Shown piece after piece: positions 30,201 through 40,102 of a stretch of 64,000 bases of DNA. Every line of letters begins with the position of its first letter. Positions within the stretch are counted from its first letter, which is position 1. The notes beneath the pieces are model-generated. The model made no database searches. It was given only the letters and a program-made list of their open reading frames with translations, and was not told the DNA's origin. The DNA lies in the IMG/VR virus record IMGVR_UViG_3300048121_001678, positions 62,001 through 126,000 of that record. One strand, 5' to 3'. A program made the position numbers and the translations under genes.

Positions 30201-33200
30201 ATGGTCACCTTGTGGCCATGTTCTTGTACCTGAATATGTAAATCCTGAACTACCAACCATAAACCCATCAACCTCATAATCACATAAGGACTCAGCAGGT
30301 ATGGTAAACCCAGTATCTTTCCAAAGATTCAATCTAATCTTATCACCCTGAACAACATAACCTGTTAAATATTGTGTCGTTTGAGAACATGTTGTAGATG
30401 GAGTAACTGTTTGAGTTGGTGTAATTGTTTGAGTTTGAGTGACTGTCGGAGTAACAGAAGCCGTAGGAGTAACAGAGGCAGTTGGAGTCACAGATGCGGT
30501 AACTGTTTGAGTAGGAGTAACAGACGCAGTTGGTGTAACCGATGATGTTGGAGTATTAGAAGGTGTTACCGTAACTGTTTGAGTCGGTGTATTAGTAGGT
30601 GTTGAACCTGGCGTTTCAGAAGCAGTTACAGTCTGAGTAGGAGTAAATGTCGGAGTTACGGTTGCCGTTACCGTTGGTGTAATACTTGCCGTTGGTGTTA
30701 CACTCGCAGTTATCGTTGCCGTTACTGACGGTGTCACTGTTTGAGTCGGAGTAACTGAAGCAGTTGGTGTAACCGATGAAGTTGGAGTAACTGAAGCAGT
30801 CACCGTTTGAGTTGGGGTGATTGATGCGGTTGGTGTCACACTCGCAGTTGGCGTAACTGATGAAGTAGGTGTATTTGTTTGTGTTACCTCAGGTGTTTCA
30901 GATGGAGTGACCGTTTGAGTAGGTGTATTAGTTGGCGTTTCACTTGCTGTCAATGTTGGAGTAACAGACGCAGTTGGTGTTACAGATGCCGTCACAGTAG
31001 CGGTAACCGAAGGTGTTGGAGTATTTGTTGGTGTTTCTGTCGGTGTTGGGGTAACTGAAGACGTTGGTGTTACTGATGATGTAGGAGTGACAGATGCCGT
31101 TACCGTCTGTGTTGGAGTGATAGTTGCCGTTTGAGTAACAGTTGAAGTCGGAGTATTAGTTGGCGTACTTACAGGTGTTGACGAAGCAGTAACTGTTTGT
31201 GTAGGGGTAAATGTCGGTGTTACAGTTGCAGTGACTGTTGGTGTGATTGAAGCGGTTGGCGTAACCGACGCAGTTACTGTCGCAGTAACAGAAGGTGTTG
31301 GAGTATTAGACGCAGTTACTGTTTGTGTTGGTGTTACAGAAGCCGTTGGGGTGTTAGTTGGTGTGGTAGTATTAGATGGTGTGACAGTATTTGTTGGAGT
31401 TAGACTAGCGGTCGGAGTAACTGACGATGTTGGTGTATTTGTTGGAGTTGATACAGGTGTTTCTGAAGGCGTTACCGTTTGTGTTTGAGTAACTGTTGGT
31501 GTCACACTAGCAGTCACTGTTGGAGTAATAGACGCAGTTGGTGTAACCGATGATGTAACAGTCGCCGTTACTGTTTGCGTAGGAGTATTTGTTGGTGTTT
31601 CAGTCGGTGTTGGAGTTACCGATGATGTAGGAGTAACTGAAGCCGTCGGTGTTACTGAAGCAGTAACTGTTTGAGTCGGTGTCAATGTCGCAGTTGGAGT
31701 AACTGATGATGTTGGTGTATTTGTCGGAGTAACGGCTGGTGTTGATGAAGCTGTTACGGTCTGTGTCGGAGTAAATGTTGGAGTCACAGTTGCAGTAACA
31801 GTTGGCGTGATACTCGCAGTTGGTGTGTATGTTGGTGTTACAGTCGCAGTAATAGATGGCGTTACAGAAGCAGTTGGCGTAACTGATGCCGTTGGAGTGA
31901 CCGAAGATGTTGGGGTCACAGAAGCAGTCACAGTTTGAGTTGGTGTAACTGTATTAGTAGGTGTTACACTTGCAGTCGGAGTTACAGATGCAGTTGGAGT
32001 ATTTGTAGGAGTAACCGCAGCCGTTTGAGTCGGAGTATGTGTCGGTGTTACTGTAGATGTTGCAGTTACAGATGGTGTCGGAGTAACAGAAGATGTCGGA
32101 GTTACCGACGCAGTTGGAGTATTAGTAGGTGTTACACTTGCAGTCGGAGTTACAGATGCAGTTGGCGTATTTGTTGGTGTCACCGTATTCGATGGAGTAA
32201 CAGTATTTGTTGGAGTAACGGATGCCGTTGGCGTAACCGAAGCTGTCGGTGTATTTGTTGGTGTAACTTGAGCAGTCTGAGTAGGAGTATTAGTTGGTGT
32301 GACGGTAGACGTCGCAGTCACCGATGGTGTAGGAGTCACAGATGAAGTAGGGGTTACCGAAGCGGTTGGAGTGTTCGTAGGGGTAACACTTGCAGTTGGT
32401 GTTACCGATGATGTCGGAGTATTCGTAGGAGTAACACTCGAAGTTGGAGTAACTGAAGCAGTTGGCGTATTTGTTGGAGTTACAGTGTTTGACGGAGTAA
32501 CTGTATTTGTTGGAGTTACACTCGCAGTCGGAGTAACCGATGCTGTAGGTGTATTAGTTGGAGTTACCGCGGCCGTTTGTGATGGTGTCACAGATGCAGT
32601 TGGAGTATATGTTGGGGTTACTGTGGCCGTTCTTGTCGGAGTATTAGACGGAGTGACGGTATTTGTCGGTGTATTGGTTGGTGTAACTGTATTAGATGGG
32701 GTAACCGACGATGTTGGTGTATTTGTTGGAGTAACGGTATTAGACGGTGTAACAGTATTAGTAGGTGTATTCGTAGGCGTCTCACTCGCTGTCGGTGTTA
32801 TAGTTCTAGTTGGTGTATTAGAAGGCGTAACTGTATTCGTAGGAGTATAAGTAGGAGTAACAGTATTCGATGGCGTAACCGATGCAGTAACAGTTGCAGT
32901 CGGTGTTATAGTTCGAGTAGGTGTATTTGTTGGAGTAACGGTATTAGACGGTGTAACCGTATTCGTAGGGGTAAAGGTCGGAGTAACAGTATTCGAAGGC
33001 GTGACTGAAGCAGTTACCGTTGCCGTTGGAGTTATTGTCCTCGTTGGGGTATTTGTTGGGGTAGCGGTGTTAGAAGGGGTGACTGACGGAGTAGCCGTAG
33101 TTGAAGGGGTTAATGTAGCAGTTTTAGTCTGAGTAATAGTTGCGGTAATAGTAGGGGTCACCGAAGCAGTAGGTGTATATGTTGGAGTTACAGTATTTGT

Positions 33201-34721
33201 AGGTGTATTTGTTGGCGTAACAGTATTAGATGGTGTAACTGACGCAGTAGGTGTGACTGTCCTAGTTGGTGTATTAGAAGGCGTAACCGTATTCGTAGGA
33301 GTATAAGTAGGAGTGACAGTATTTGTTGGAGTGACCGTAGGTGTCGGCGTAGCGGTTCTAGTCGGCGTCCTTGTAGGACTTACCGAAATACTTGGAGTGA
33401 CTGAAGGAGTAACCGTCGCAGTTCTAGTCGGAGTCCTCGTAGGACTTACAGAAATACTTGGTGTAACCGTAGCGGTTCTCGTAGGTGTTCTGGTTGGACT
33501 TACAGAAATCGAAGGTGTAACCGTCGGAGTTGCCGGTGGAGTTCGAGATGGAGTAACACTCGAAGTTGGTGTTACAGCTGGAGTTCGAGACGGGGTCTTC
33601 GTCGGAGGAGGAGTACTCGTTGGAGTCCTTGTTGGAGTTCTTGTTGGAGTTCTTGTTGGGGTTGGTGGTATCGGGGTAGTTGACGGAGTTGGAGTTGGAG
33701 TTACAGGTTCATCAGAACAACATTCTTCACATGTCTCGTATACACTAGCCGAACAGTCAACAACCGCTTCACAATCAGGTACAACACCCTCAATAAAATA
33801 ACAACATCCGTCACAACTATCTAATTTAACAACTTGACCAGCATTCGGACATGGATTTAAATTAGTGACTTTAACAAACTGAGCATGATATTGATAATTA
33901 CACTCACATTCGGGTTCTATAAAGTCACACCTAACTAAATAAAGACAACACGGTTCACCTAAGTTAGTCACATCATAACCCTGATTAGGTTCCATACCAG
34001 GTTCATATGGTGTTGGCTCATTAGTATTACCCAAACCTAAACACTCATCACAACCATTTGGAAAAAGAGTATTAACTGAACCTATAAATGATATGTTAGC
34101 GGTAGGACAGTTTTCGGCACAACTTCCAACAGCGATTACTTCCCAACAAACATTTATATTATCAGAAAATGCGTCACCGACACTAAAATTATAAACATTT
34201 TGAATACAAGCGACTGATGTTTGCGTTAGACAGTCCCGAATACATGCATATCCAATATTATGAACAATATATCCGTTTAAAACATAATAACTTGGACCAC
34301 TAAGTGTTATGTTATATAAAGATTCTTCAGAGTATACAATTTCCTTACTAACAACAGGTTCATGAATGATGTCACCATCAACCATTTTAACCATATCATA
34401 TTCACCATCAACAACTAAATCTATTGTAGATATAAACTGATATCTATCATCATTTTTATGATACGCTAAGACATTTTCGTCTATAACACCTAATCCATTA
34501 ATTTGAAGATAGTTACCCTCATCATTATAGATGTCTGTAACCTCAGGTGATTGTATATTATCAACATTAAGAGTTAGTGATTCGATTTCACGGAAGTCAA
34601 TTCCTGCGATAATTTCAGGTATATCAAAAGAGTATACACTGTCACCTAATTGAACATCTTCAATGTTCTTTACGGCACCATTTGAAAGTAATACTTTTTG
34701 TCCTAATTTATAACCAGCCAT
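27222..34721 (-). CDS. giant mucin-like protein: N-terminal Hint domain, Cys-rich region, ~2000 aa Thr/Ser/Pro/Val repeats
   Basis: 2499 aa uninterrupted ORF; Hint ends YNITL....[11 protein letters not shown]; repeat tract interrupted once by a ~100 aa globular module; Cys-rich C-terminus. Confidence 0.85.
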   Translation of the reverse strand: MAGYKLGQKVLLSNGAVKNIEDVQLGDSVYSFDIPEIIAGIDFREIESLTLNVDNIQSPEVTDIYNDEGNYLQINGLGVIDENVLAYHKNDDRYQFISTIDLVVDGEYDMVKMVDGDIIHEPVVSKEIVYSEESLYNITLSGPSYYVLNGYIVHNIGYACIRDCLTQTSVACIQNVYNFSVGDAFSDNINVCWEVIAVGSCAENCPTANISFIGSVNTLFPNGCDECLGLGNTNEPTPYEPGMEPNQGYDVTNLGEPCCLYLVRCDFIEPECECNYQYHAQFVKVTNLNPCPNAGQVVKLDSCDGCCYFIEGVVPDCEAVVDCSASVYETCEECCSDEPVTPTPTPSTTPIPPTPTRTPTRTPTRTPTSTPPPTKTPSRTPAVTPTSSVTPSRTPPATPTVTPSISVSPTRTPTRTATVTPSISVSPTRTPTRTATVTPSVTPSISVSPTRTPTRTATPTPTVTPTNTVTPTYTPTNTVTPSNTPTRTVTPTASVTPSNTVTPTNTPTNTVTPTYTPTASVTPTITATITQTKTATLTPSTTATPSVTPSNTATPTNTPTRTITPTATVTASVTPSNTVTPTFTPTNTVTPSNTVTPTNTPTRTITPTATVTASVTPSNTVTPTYTPTNTVTPSNTPTRTITPTASETPTNTPTNTVTPSNTVTPTNTPTSSVTPSNTVTPTNTPTNTVTPSNTPTRTATVTPTYTPTASVTPSQTAAVTPTNTPTASVTPTASVTPTNTVTPSNTVTPTNTPTASVTPTSSVTPTNTPTSSVTPTASVTPTNTPTASVTPTSSVTPTPSVTATSTVTPTNTPTQTAQVTPTNTPTASVTPTASVTPTNTVTPSNTVTPTNTPTASVTPTASVTPTNTPTASVTPTSSVTPTPSVTATSTVTPTHTPTQTAAVTPTNTPTASVTPTASVTPTNTVTPTQTVTASVTPTSSVTPTASVTPTASVTPSITATVTPTYTPTASITPTVTATVTPTFTPTQTVTASSTPAVTPTNTPTSSVTPTATLTPTQTVTASVTPTASVTPTSSVTPTPTETPTNTPTQTVTATVTSSVTPTASITPTVTASVTPTVTQTQTVTPSETPVSTPTNTPTSSVTPTASLTPTNTVTPSNTTTPTNTPTASVTPTQTVTASNTPTPSVTATVTASVTPTASITPTVTATVTPTFTPTQTVTASSTPVSTPTNTPTSTVTQTATITPTQTVTASVTPTSSVTPTSSVTPTPTETPTNTPTPSVTATVTASVTPTASVTPTLTASETPTNTPTQTVTPSETPEVTQTNTPTSSVTPTASVTPTASITPTQTVTASVTPTSSVTPTASVTPTQTVTPSVTATITASVTPTASITPTVTATVTPTFTPTQTVTASETPGSTPTNTPTQTVTVTPSNTPTSSVTPTASVTPTQTVTASVTPTASVTPTASVTPTVTQTQTITPTQTVTPSTTCSQTTQYLTGYVVQGDKIRLNLWKDTGFTIPAESLCDYEVDGFMVGSSGFTYSGTRTWPQGDHQVEYNFNSILPPGEVISSWGVTNVDTSACICPVDVIFIAPTPTPTPTASVTPTPSVTPTYTPTASVTPTSSVTPTASVTPTNTASVTPTASVTPTLTASNTPTVTQTQTVTPSETPISTPTNTPTSSVTPTASVTPTASVTPTTSNTPTPSVTATVTSSVTPTASITPTVTATITPTVTQTQTVTPSETPGVTPTSTPTQTVTQTASVTPTSSVTPTASVTPTTSNTPTPSVTATITSTVTPTASVTPTLTASNTPTVTQTQTVTPSETPVSTPTNTPTSSVTPTASITPTASVTPTTSNTPTPSVTATVTSTVTPTASVTPTLTATITPTITQTQTVTPSETPGSTPTNTPTQTVTQTASVTPTSSVTPTASVTPTTSNTPTPSVTATVTASVTPTESVTPTITSSVTPTVTQTQTVTPSSTPVSTPTNTPTQTVTQTSTVTPTASVTPTSSVTPTPSVTATITSTVTPTASVTPTVTASETPTQTPTLTVTPSETPGVTPTNTPTQTVTQTSTVTPTATITPTTSNTPTPSVTATVTSSVTPTASVTPTLTSSVTPTVTQTQTVTPSETPGVTPTSTPTQTVTQTSTVTPTSSVTPTSTVTPTSSVTPTPSVTSSVTPTVTNTITPTASVTPTLTASITPTVTQTQTVTPSETPGSTPTNTPTQTVTVTPSNTPTQTITPTSSVTPTASITPTPSTTASVTPTVTNTNTPTGSVTPTVTASETPTSTPTQTVTPSETPDVTQTNTPTQTSTVTPTASATPSVTPTLTPSTTASVTPTLTVTPSITSSITPTFTPTVTVTQTVTPSETPGGTPTSTPTSTITPTQTVTVTSSNTPTPSVTPTLTATPTVTSTPGATPTSTPTPTASVTPSSSLDATSTPTPTQTLTSSVTPTNTVTPSVTSTYTPTPSSTPSVLFCSQYELTVTGFSNSQTFEYYYTECDDTLCGLERQVSGVIINVPTTITICAQDNTVVIPALYNPITYNLTTICNNCC
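27480..33700 (-). repeat. degenerate coding tandem repeat, TP(T/S)x(S/T)V hexapeptide with higher-order units
   Basis: recurrent gttggNgtNac units on the plus strand; interrupted at about 30085-30390. Confidence 0.9.
34257..34721 (-). other. Hint (intein-like) domain, residues 1-155
   Basis: [27 protein letters not shown] matches block A without Cys1; terminal His-Asn. Confidence 0.75.
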
Positions 34722-34767
34722 TTATCGATGTAATTAACCTATAAATAATAGGTTGAACCCTTTTATA

Positions 34768-37128
34768 CTAAGATTCCTTCCTTAAACTTCCATCATAATG
34801 GTCAAACCTATCATGTTCAGTTGGTGATAGTAATAAAATACCTGGTTTAATATTACCTATTATCGTTTCTTGAAACATATATGACATCCAAGTCTGCTCA
34901 TAAGGTCGAGCCCATTTCTCAGTTAAGAACATTTTTTCATTACCATATTTTGACACCACCTGTGGCCAATTACAATAATAAATTTCACCATGTGCAAATG
35001 GTATACCTTGGAAGCTGTCTATTTTTGTGATTTTAGTTTTTGGTGCATTAGGGTCTAATCCTTGGATAGGTAATAATGGTTTTTCAGGCCAATGCTGTTC
35101 TCTAATTTTTTGAGGTACGTTATACCAAGCCCATTGAACTGTATTGTCACCGTAAAACTCAGTATATGATAACTTTAAAAAGTCAAAGTTGTTTTTCTTA
35201 GCAATTTTAAGCGAATTTCTATATAGGTTTTTAACATATCTGTTAAAACCATTTTTATCTACCTCACCCTCTTTAGGATAAAAGAACATATCATCCTCAA
35301 AAAAGAAATAATAATCATATCCATTTTCTTCAGCGTGTTCTGCAACCCATTGTCTACCACCACAAATACCTAAATTATCTTTTTTAACGTGTTCAATATT
35401 ATATTCTTTACAAAGTTCAACATATTCTTCAGTTGTCGATAAATCCGTAGAGTTATCTAACATCACCCATTGTGGTTTAGTTACAAAGTCCTCATCATAT
35501 TGTTTCATAGATTGAATCAATGTCTTTACCTGATTTGGACTATTAAATGTAATCACATAAAGTGCAACATTATCAATATCTAAATCATTAGTAATAACAT
35601 CAAACTTTAACTCATTAAGTGGTTTATGTGTATCATTTTTAACGTCTTCAAAAAACTTACTAATTAATCCATTACCCTCAATTGGGAAATACTGATAGTT
35701 TTCAGGATATCTATACAGTAAAATAGTGAAAAGAGACTCTTCAGTACCCATATAGCCCGAATTAAGAGTGTTTTTCATTAAATTGTAGTACTCATTGTTA
35801 AAATCTGCAATAGATTCTACAGGACCACCAAAGAAACCACCACGACAAACTTTATTTACTTTAGTACTTGTCATTTCACAAATCTTATCATAATCGAATC
35901 CATGAATTTCTGTCTCCGTTTCATAAGGGAATGCGATGTAACTAATTTTGTCTATTTTTGTTAATTTATCCAATACTTTATCGTGTGTAAAGTATCCAGA
36001 ATGTACGGTATTGGTAATCCCCGCATCTAACCAAAATAAATGTGTTGAATTAAATTGGTCCATTATTTTAGCATCATGTAAAAGATATGGTTTAGACATA
36101 ACCAGTGGATTATACATGTCAAGTTTAGCCTGTGTTGACTCACCTAACCAACCAACCTGATTTATCCAATCAGGATTATTTCTAATAGTTTGTATTGAGT
36201 TGTAAAACTCACCTTTAAACCATTCTTGGTCACGTGTTATAAACATAGTATTATCTCTACTACGTCTTTCAAAAACAAACTCCTCTAATTCTGCATCACC
36301 AAATACTATAAGGTTATAAGGTATTTCCAAAAATTGAGAAAACTTCTCTAAATAATGTTCAAAACTTCTTGACCATCCCTCGGCTAATTCATCTCTTTTA
36401 ATGTTCCATAACCCAGTAACTATTGTAATTCCACTTTCATTCATATCTTCATATATCTCGTTATATATTTCTTTGATGATACCTACTATGTCTTCAGATT
36501 CTTTACCATAAACGTATCCGTTATCATCAAAAGTTTTTATTATTTGTTGTTTTTCTTCATCAGATAGACTTGACCACTCTAATCTAACTACTTTAGGTCT
36601 ATACTTTGAAAAATCAATCTGTTTAAATATTTCATAATCATGTCCTTCGGCATCAATTTTTATAACGTCAAATTCAACAATATTATGTTTTTCTAATAAC
36701 CTTTCAAAAGTAATACACGGTACCTTTACTCTAAGTCCATATTTTTCAACAGTATCTCTATCACCATCACTACCCAATCCATTTTTTGGTGGATATATTG
36801 CACTCATACCCATAAAACAAGTATGCATCTTACCTTCTTGTATCGCTGAAGGACTGATAGTAATCATTTCCACATCACCATTATATGTTGAGATTGCAGA
36901 GTTTTCATACTTATTTTCATCCCCAAAGTTTTTCTTTAATTTTTCAAAATAGTATGGAATTGGTTCCACATATAAACCTTTAAAATCATAAGCATTTGAA
37001 TACCCACTTAACTCATCAAATGTTTGACCATCCATAGCCCCAATATTAATGGTAAATAATCTATGACCTTTCTTACCTAAATGATGTAATATATCATTAA
37101 AATAATCTGTATTTTTTAACTGTATCAT
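34768..37128 (-). CDS. fusion of FkbM-family methyltransferase, HtrL/YibB-like domain and GT2-like glycosyltransferase
   Basis: IGAMDG, VEP, KIDAEGHD (FkbM); TIVTGLW, YNPLVMSK, FWLDAG (HtrL); DNST, NLGICGGR, FFEDD (GT-A); start at 37128 by TAATG overlap. Confidence 0.8.
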   Translation of the reverse strand: MIQLKNTDYFNDILHHLGKKGHRLFTINIGAMDGQTFDELSGYSNAYDFKGLYVEPIPYYFEKLKKNFGDENKYENSAISTYNGDVEMITISPSAIQEGKMHTCFMGMSAIYPPKNGLGSDGDRDTVEKYGLRVKVPCITFERLLEKHNIVEFDVIKIDAEGHDYEIFKQIDFSKYRPKVVRLEWSSLSDEEKQQIIKTFDDNGYVYGKESEDIVGIIKEIYNEIYEDMNESGITIVTGLWNIKRDELAEGWSRSFEHYLEKFSQFLEIPYNLIVFGDAELEEFVFERRSRDNTMFITRDQEWFKGEFYNSIQTIRNNPDWINQVGWLGESTQAKLDMYNPLVMSKPYLLHDAKIMDQFNSTHLFWLDAGITNTVHSGYFTHDKVLDKLTKIDKISYIAFPYETETEIHGFDYDKICEMTSTKVNKVCRGGFFGGPVESIADFNNEYYNLMKNTLNSGYMGTEESLFTILLYRYPENYQYFPIEGNGLISKFFEDVKNDTHKPLNELKFDVITNDLDIDNVALYVITFNSPNQVKTLIQSMKQYDEDFVTKPQWVMLDNSTDLSTTEEYVELCKEYNIEHVKKDNLGICGGRQWVAEHAEENGYDYYFFFEDDMFFYPKEGEVDKNGFNRYVKNLYRNSLKIAKKNNFDFLKLSYTEFYGDNTVQWAWYNVPQKIREQHWPEKPLLPIQGLDPNAPKTKITKIDSFQGIPFAHGEIYYCNWPQVVSKYGNEKMFLTEKWARPYEQTWMSYMFQETIIGNIKPGILLLSPTEHDRFDHYDGSLRKES

Positions 37129-37658
37129 TATTCTATTACTATAAAGTTCTTTTGCCAACCTTTATATTCCGTCCAAGTCTTACCCAAAATCTCTGCGGTT
37201 TCAACTGCAAAATTATATTCATCTTCTCTGTGTGTGTCATCCATAATAATTGGAACTGATGTATTCAATCTATCCCAGTATTTTGCAATATTATTTCTAG
37301 TCTTAACTTGGTCTAAATTTGGTGGTCCATCAACAATAATTAACGAATATTCTTCAGGTAAACTATTGAATACAACTTCAGAATTATACCATCCGTCCAC
37401 AATATCCGCTAAGATGTAATTAGCCTTTGGTGCCAAACGTGTAAATCTTTCTTGGTGTTCAATAGCATATACGTTATGATACCTACTCAGCTCCATAGTA
37501 CCACTACCACTACCAAACTCAATGATTGTCTCACCCTTTTCAATATTTTCATCAATCCAAGAATAACACTCCATAGATATTGCCCAACCATCAAGGTTAT
37601 TCATATTAACATCCAATTCCTTTAACTTAGGAAATATATAATTTAAATCTGTATTCAT
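37128..37658 (-). CDS. class I SAM-dependent methyltransferase
   Basis: IIEFGSGSGT, IIVDGPP, IMDDT.R. Confidence 0.75.
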   Translation of the reverse strand: MNTDLNYIFPKLKELDVNMNNLDGWAISMECYSWIDENIEKGETIIEFGSGSGTMELSRYHNVYAIEHQERFTRLAPKANYILADIVDGWYNSEVVFNSLPEEYSLIIVDGPPNLDQVKTRNNIAKYWDRLNTSVPIIMDDTHREDEYNFAVETAEILGKTWTEYKGWQKNFIVIE

Positions 37659-38533
37659 AATTGCTCAAAAAACTTATAAAAACTTATTTTACCATCCAAA
37701 AATTCAGGAGTAACAGACTTATCAGTTAAGTTTGAATCGTCGTGATACCACGTATTAAATTTGAATGAGTGATAGTTTTCAGGTTTATCATACACCATTG
37801 TAGACATCATTGCTTCATGATTAAGAAGAAATTCTTTACTTAAACACATCTGAGAGTATTCCTCAAATCTTTGAAATAAATTAGGTAACTTACTCACATG
37901 ACCACCTATTATACCACCAATAGAAAGGGAGTCATACATGTGGTCTTTTTCTAAAACTTCATTCAACTTTCTATGGTCATGAAAAAATAATGTGTTTCTA
38001 ATATCAATTAATTTATCACCAAGCCAGTTGTTAATTTTAGGTATTGTATTTTCATTAAAAATACCATCATAGGTGTATCTATATTTGTTCATTGATAATC
38101 CTGTGATTTTATCCGCATTTGAATTATACCTTCTCGGATATAAACCAATATGTGATAAACCACAGTCAAACCAATATAAGTACTCTAAACCTTCTACCAT
38201 TTCGTCTTCCATCAAAGCAATTTTAGCCCATCCAACTTCTAAATAAAATTTAAACAATTCAGGGTTTTTTTCTTTGACTTCAATCATCTTTTTACTATGT
38301 CTTATATCTTGTAATTCTTTGACTTTAATAGTCACATTAGTTACTCCATTTTCATCTAAAATTTCTTGTAGTGATTCCGCAGTATTAGACCCAGTATAAC
38401 AAATAATTTGAACATTCATCTGAGATAATTGTACTAATGAATGAGTATATCTATCCCATCTTGCCTGTACTTTATGTCCAAAGAATGGGAAGTCTCCAAT
38501 TCCGAAATATAAAAAAGTTACAATTTTTGTCAT
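37655..38533 (-). CDS. HtrL/WlaTC-like glycan-modifying protein
   Basis: KIVTFLY, YWFDCGL, GGIIGG; paralogous pattern to the middle domain of 34768..37128. Confidence 0.6.
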   Translation of the reverse strand: MTKIVTFLYFGIGDFPFFGHKVQARWDRYTHSLVQLSQMNVQIICYTGSNTAESLQEILDENGVTNVTIKVKELQDIRHSKKMIEVKEKNPELFKFYLEVGWAKIALMEDEMVEGLEYLYWFDCGLSHIGLYPRRYNSNADKITGLSMNKYRYTYDGIFNENTIPKINNWLGDKLIDIRNTLFFHDHRKLNEVLEKDHMYDSLSIGGIIGGHVSKLPNLFQRFEEYSQMCLSKEFLLNHEAMMSTMVYDKPENYHSFKFNTWYHDDSNLTDKSVTPEFLDGKISFYKFFEQL

Positions 38534-40101
38534 TTTCTAAAGTAATAGTCTTCTAATAATAAACAGTCCATTTTAGTCTTATCATAGACCTTCAACGCAT
38601 CCGTGTATCTTGATAGGATAGGTTTTCCATTTACATTAAATGAAGTGTTTAATAATACACCTATACCTGATTTTTTCTCAAACTCCGTCAGTAGATTATA
38701 TAGCCAAGGATTTTGCTCTTCAGTTACAGTTTGAACACGAGCAGTACCATCAACGTGAGTTATAGAAACTAATCTCTCTCTCCATTCTTCTTTAACCGTT
38801 GGACAGAAACCCATCCATCTACTCTCACCCTCAAAGTCAAAGTATTTAGACACATCCTCTAATTTACATACAGGTGCAAATGGTCTATACCATTCTCTAT
38901 TCTTAACCTTAGCATTCAATATGTCTTTCATATCAGGATAAGCAGGATTGCAAATAATACTACGATTACCCAACGCTCTTGGTCCATGTTCTGATGTACC
39001 TCTAACAACACCAACAATTTTACCATCATTTAGGTCGTCTGTTAATCTTTCCAAATCTAACTCACTACCTCTACGTTCTTCAACGTGGGACATTAATGTG
39101 TGTTTATCTAAGATAGGTATACCAGCATATGTCACATCAACCGCCTTTTCAGGTTTCATATGATTCAAAATCATACCCGTAGCAATACCACAATCATTAG
39201 GGTTAGGTGGAACAAAAACAGGACGGTCTAATACTTGTTGTAACTTGGTATTAAGTAGAATATTAAGAGCACATCCTCCAACTGTTATCAACGGTATATT
39301 AGGATATTCATCTAAGAACGGCTGAGCCATCTCCATAAACACATTTTCAAACGCAGTCTGTGATGTTTTAGCAACATCCCATGAAGTTTGACCTGTTAAT
39401 CTATTCTGAATATCAAATACCAATCCTGTTTGTTCACCTAATTCACCCAAAAACTCAATATAGTTCAAACCGTCAGGTTTTCTTCTATAGTAGTTTTCAA
39501 AGTGTGGTAACCATTCATTATTCACGTTACCATAAGAACAAAGTCCCATGATTTTACCTGAATAAACTAAGTTACCAATATTTAATGCCGGTTCCTTACG
39601 AATATCCCCCATATAGTCACCAAATGACATATAAGGAAATCCTAAATCTAAATTGTATTTATCTAATAATGTAATTTCTGTTCTACCAGACGCTAAATAC
39701 ACGTTATAAAAACCATCATTACCACCACCATCAAAAGATATTATTAATGCGTCATCATAATCTGTCTGATACAGACCACATGCGGCATGACTAAGGTGAT
39801 GTAATTGATTTACGTGTTTTTTAGCAGGTATAAGTTGTTCATAGTGTACTTTGGTACCTCCTTCCAATGTATCCGAATTTAAGTAGTAACACGTATCGTA
39901 TTCACTGATACCAAATTCATCTTCAATGTATTTTAATATTTCTTTTAAAAGATAAGGTCTTGTGTAAGAAACGAGGTACTGTGCGTACCCCGCATTCTTT
40001 TCACTTAAAAATCTTTCAACTTCAATTACCGTAATTAATTCTCCATTCTCTTCAACCGCAACCGCAGCATTGTGAGAACCGTAAAATGATATATTTGCCA
40101 T
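38530..40101 (-). CDS. O-carbamoyltransferase (NodU/CmcH family)
   Basis: SHNAA, EVER, HHLSHA, DGGG, GKIMGL, GGCALN, D.G, GPRALGNRSI, RPFAP, HVDGTARVQT, NTSFN. Confidence 0.93.
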   Translation of the reverse strand: MANISFYGSHNAAVAVEENGELITVIEVERFLSEKNAGYAQYLVSYTRPYLLKEILKYIEDEFGISEYDTCYYLNSDTLEGGTKVHYEQLIPAKKHVNQLHHLSHAACGLYQTDYDDALIISFDGGGNDGFYNVYLASGRTEITLLDKYNLDLGFPYMSFGDYMGDIRKEPALNIGNLVYSGKIMGLCSYGNVNNEWLPHFENYYRRKPDGLNYIEFLGELGEQTGLVFDIQNRLTGQTSWDVAKTSQTAFENVFMEMAQPFLDEYPNIPLITVGGCALNILLNTKLQQVLDRPVFVPPNPNDCGIATGMILNHMKPEKAVDVTYAGIPILDKHTLMSHVEERRGSELDLERLTDDLNDGKIVGVVRGTSEHGPRALGNRSIICNPAYPDMKDILNAKVKNREWYRPFAPVCKLEDVSKYFDFEGESRWMGFCPTVKEEWRERLVSITHVDGTARVQTVTEEQNPWLYNLLTEFEKKSGIGVLLNTSFNVNGKPILSRYTDALKVYDKTKMDCLLLEDYYFRK

Positions 40102-40102
40102 G

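Noticed and set aside
27480-33700. CRISPR array or non-coding satellite
   Set aside because: Repeats are in-frame, degenerate at third codon positions, and have no constant repeat/unique spacer structure; no cas operon. The PD-(D/E)XK nuclease sits in a replication context.
27595-33801. Plus-strand Val/Gly-rich ORFs (VGVT repeats)
   Set aside because: Antisense shadows of Thr/Pro codons, which lack stops on the opposite strand; no independent expression signals
34257-34721. True protein-splicing intein or mobile homing element
   Set aside because: No N-extein, no Cys/Ser1, no +1 nucleophile and no endonuclease domain
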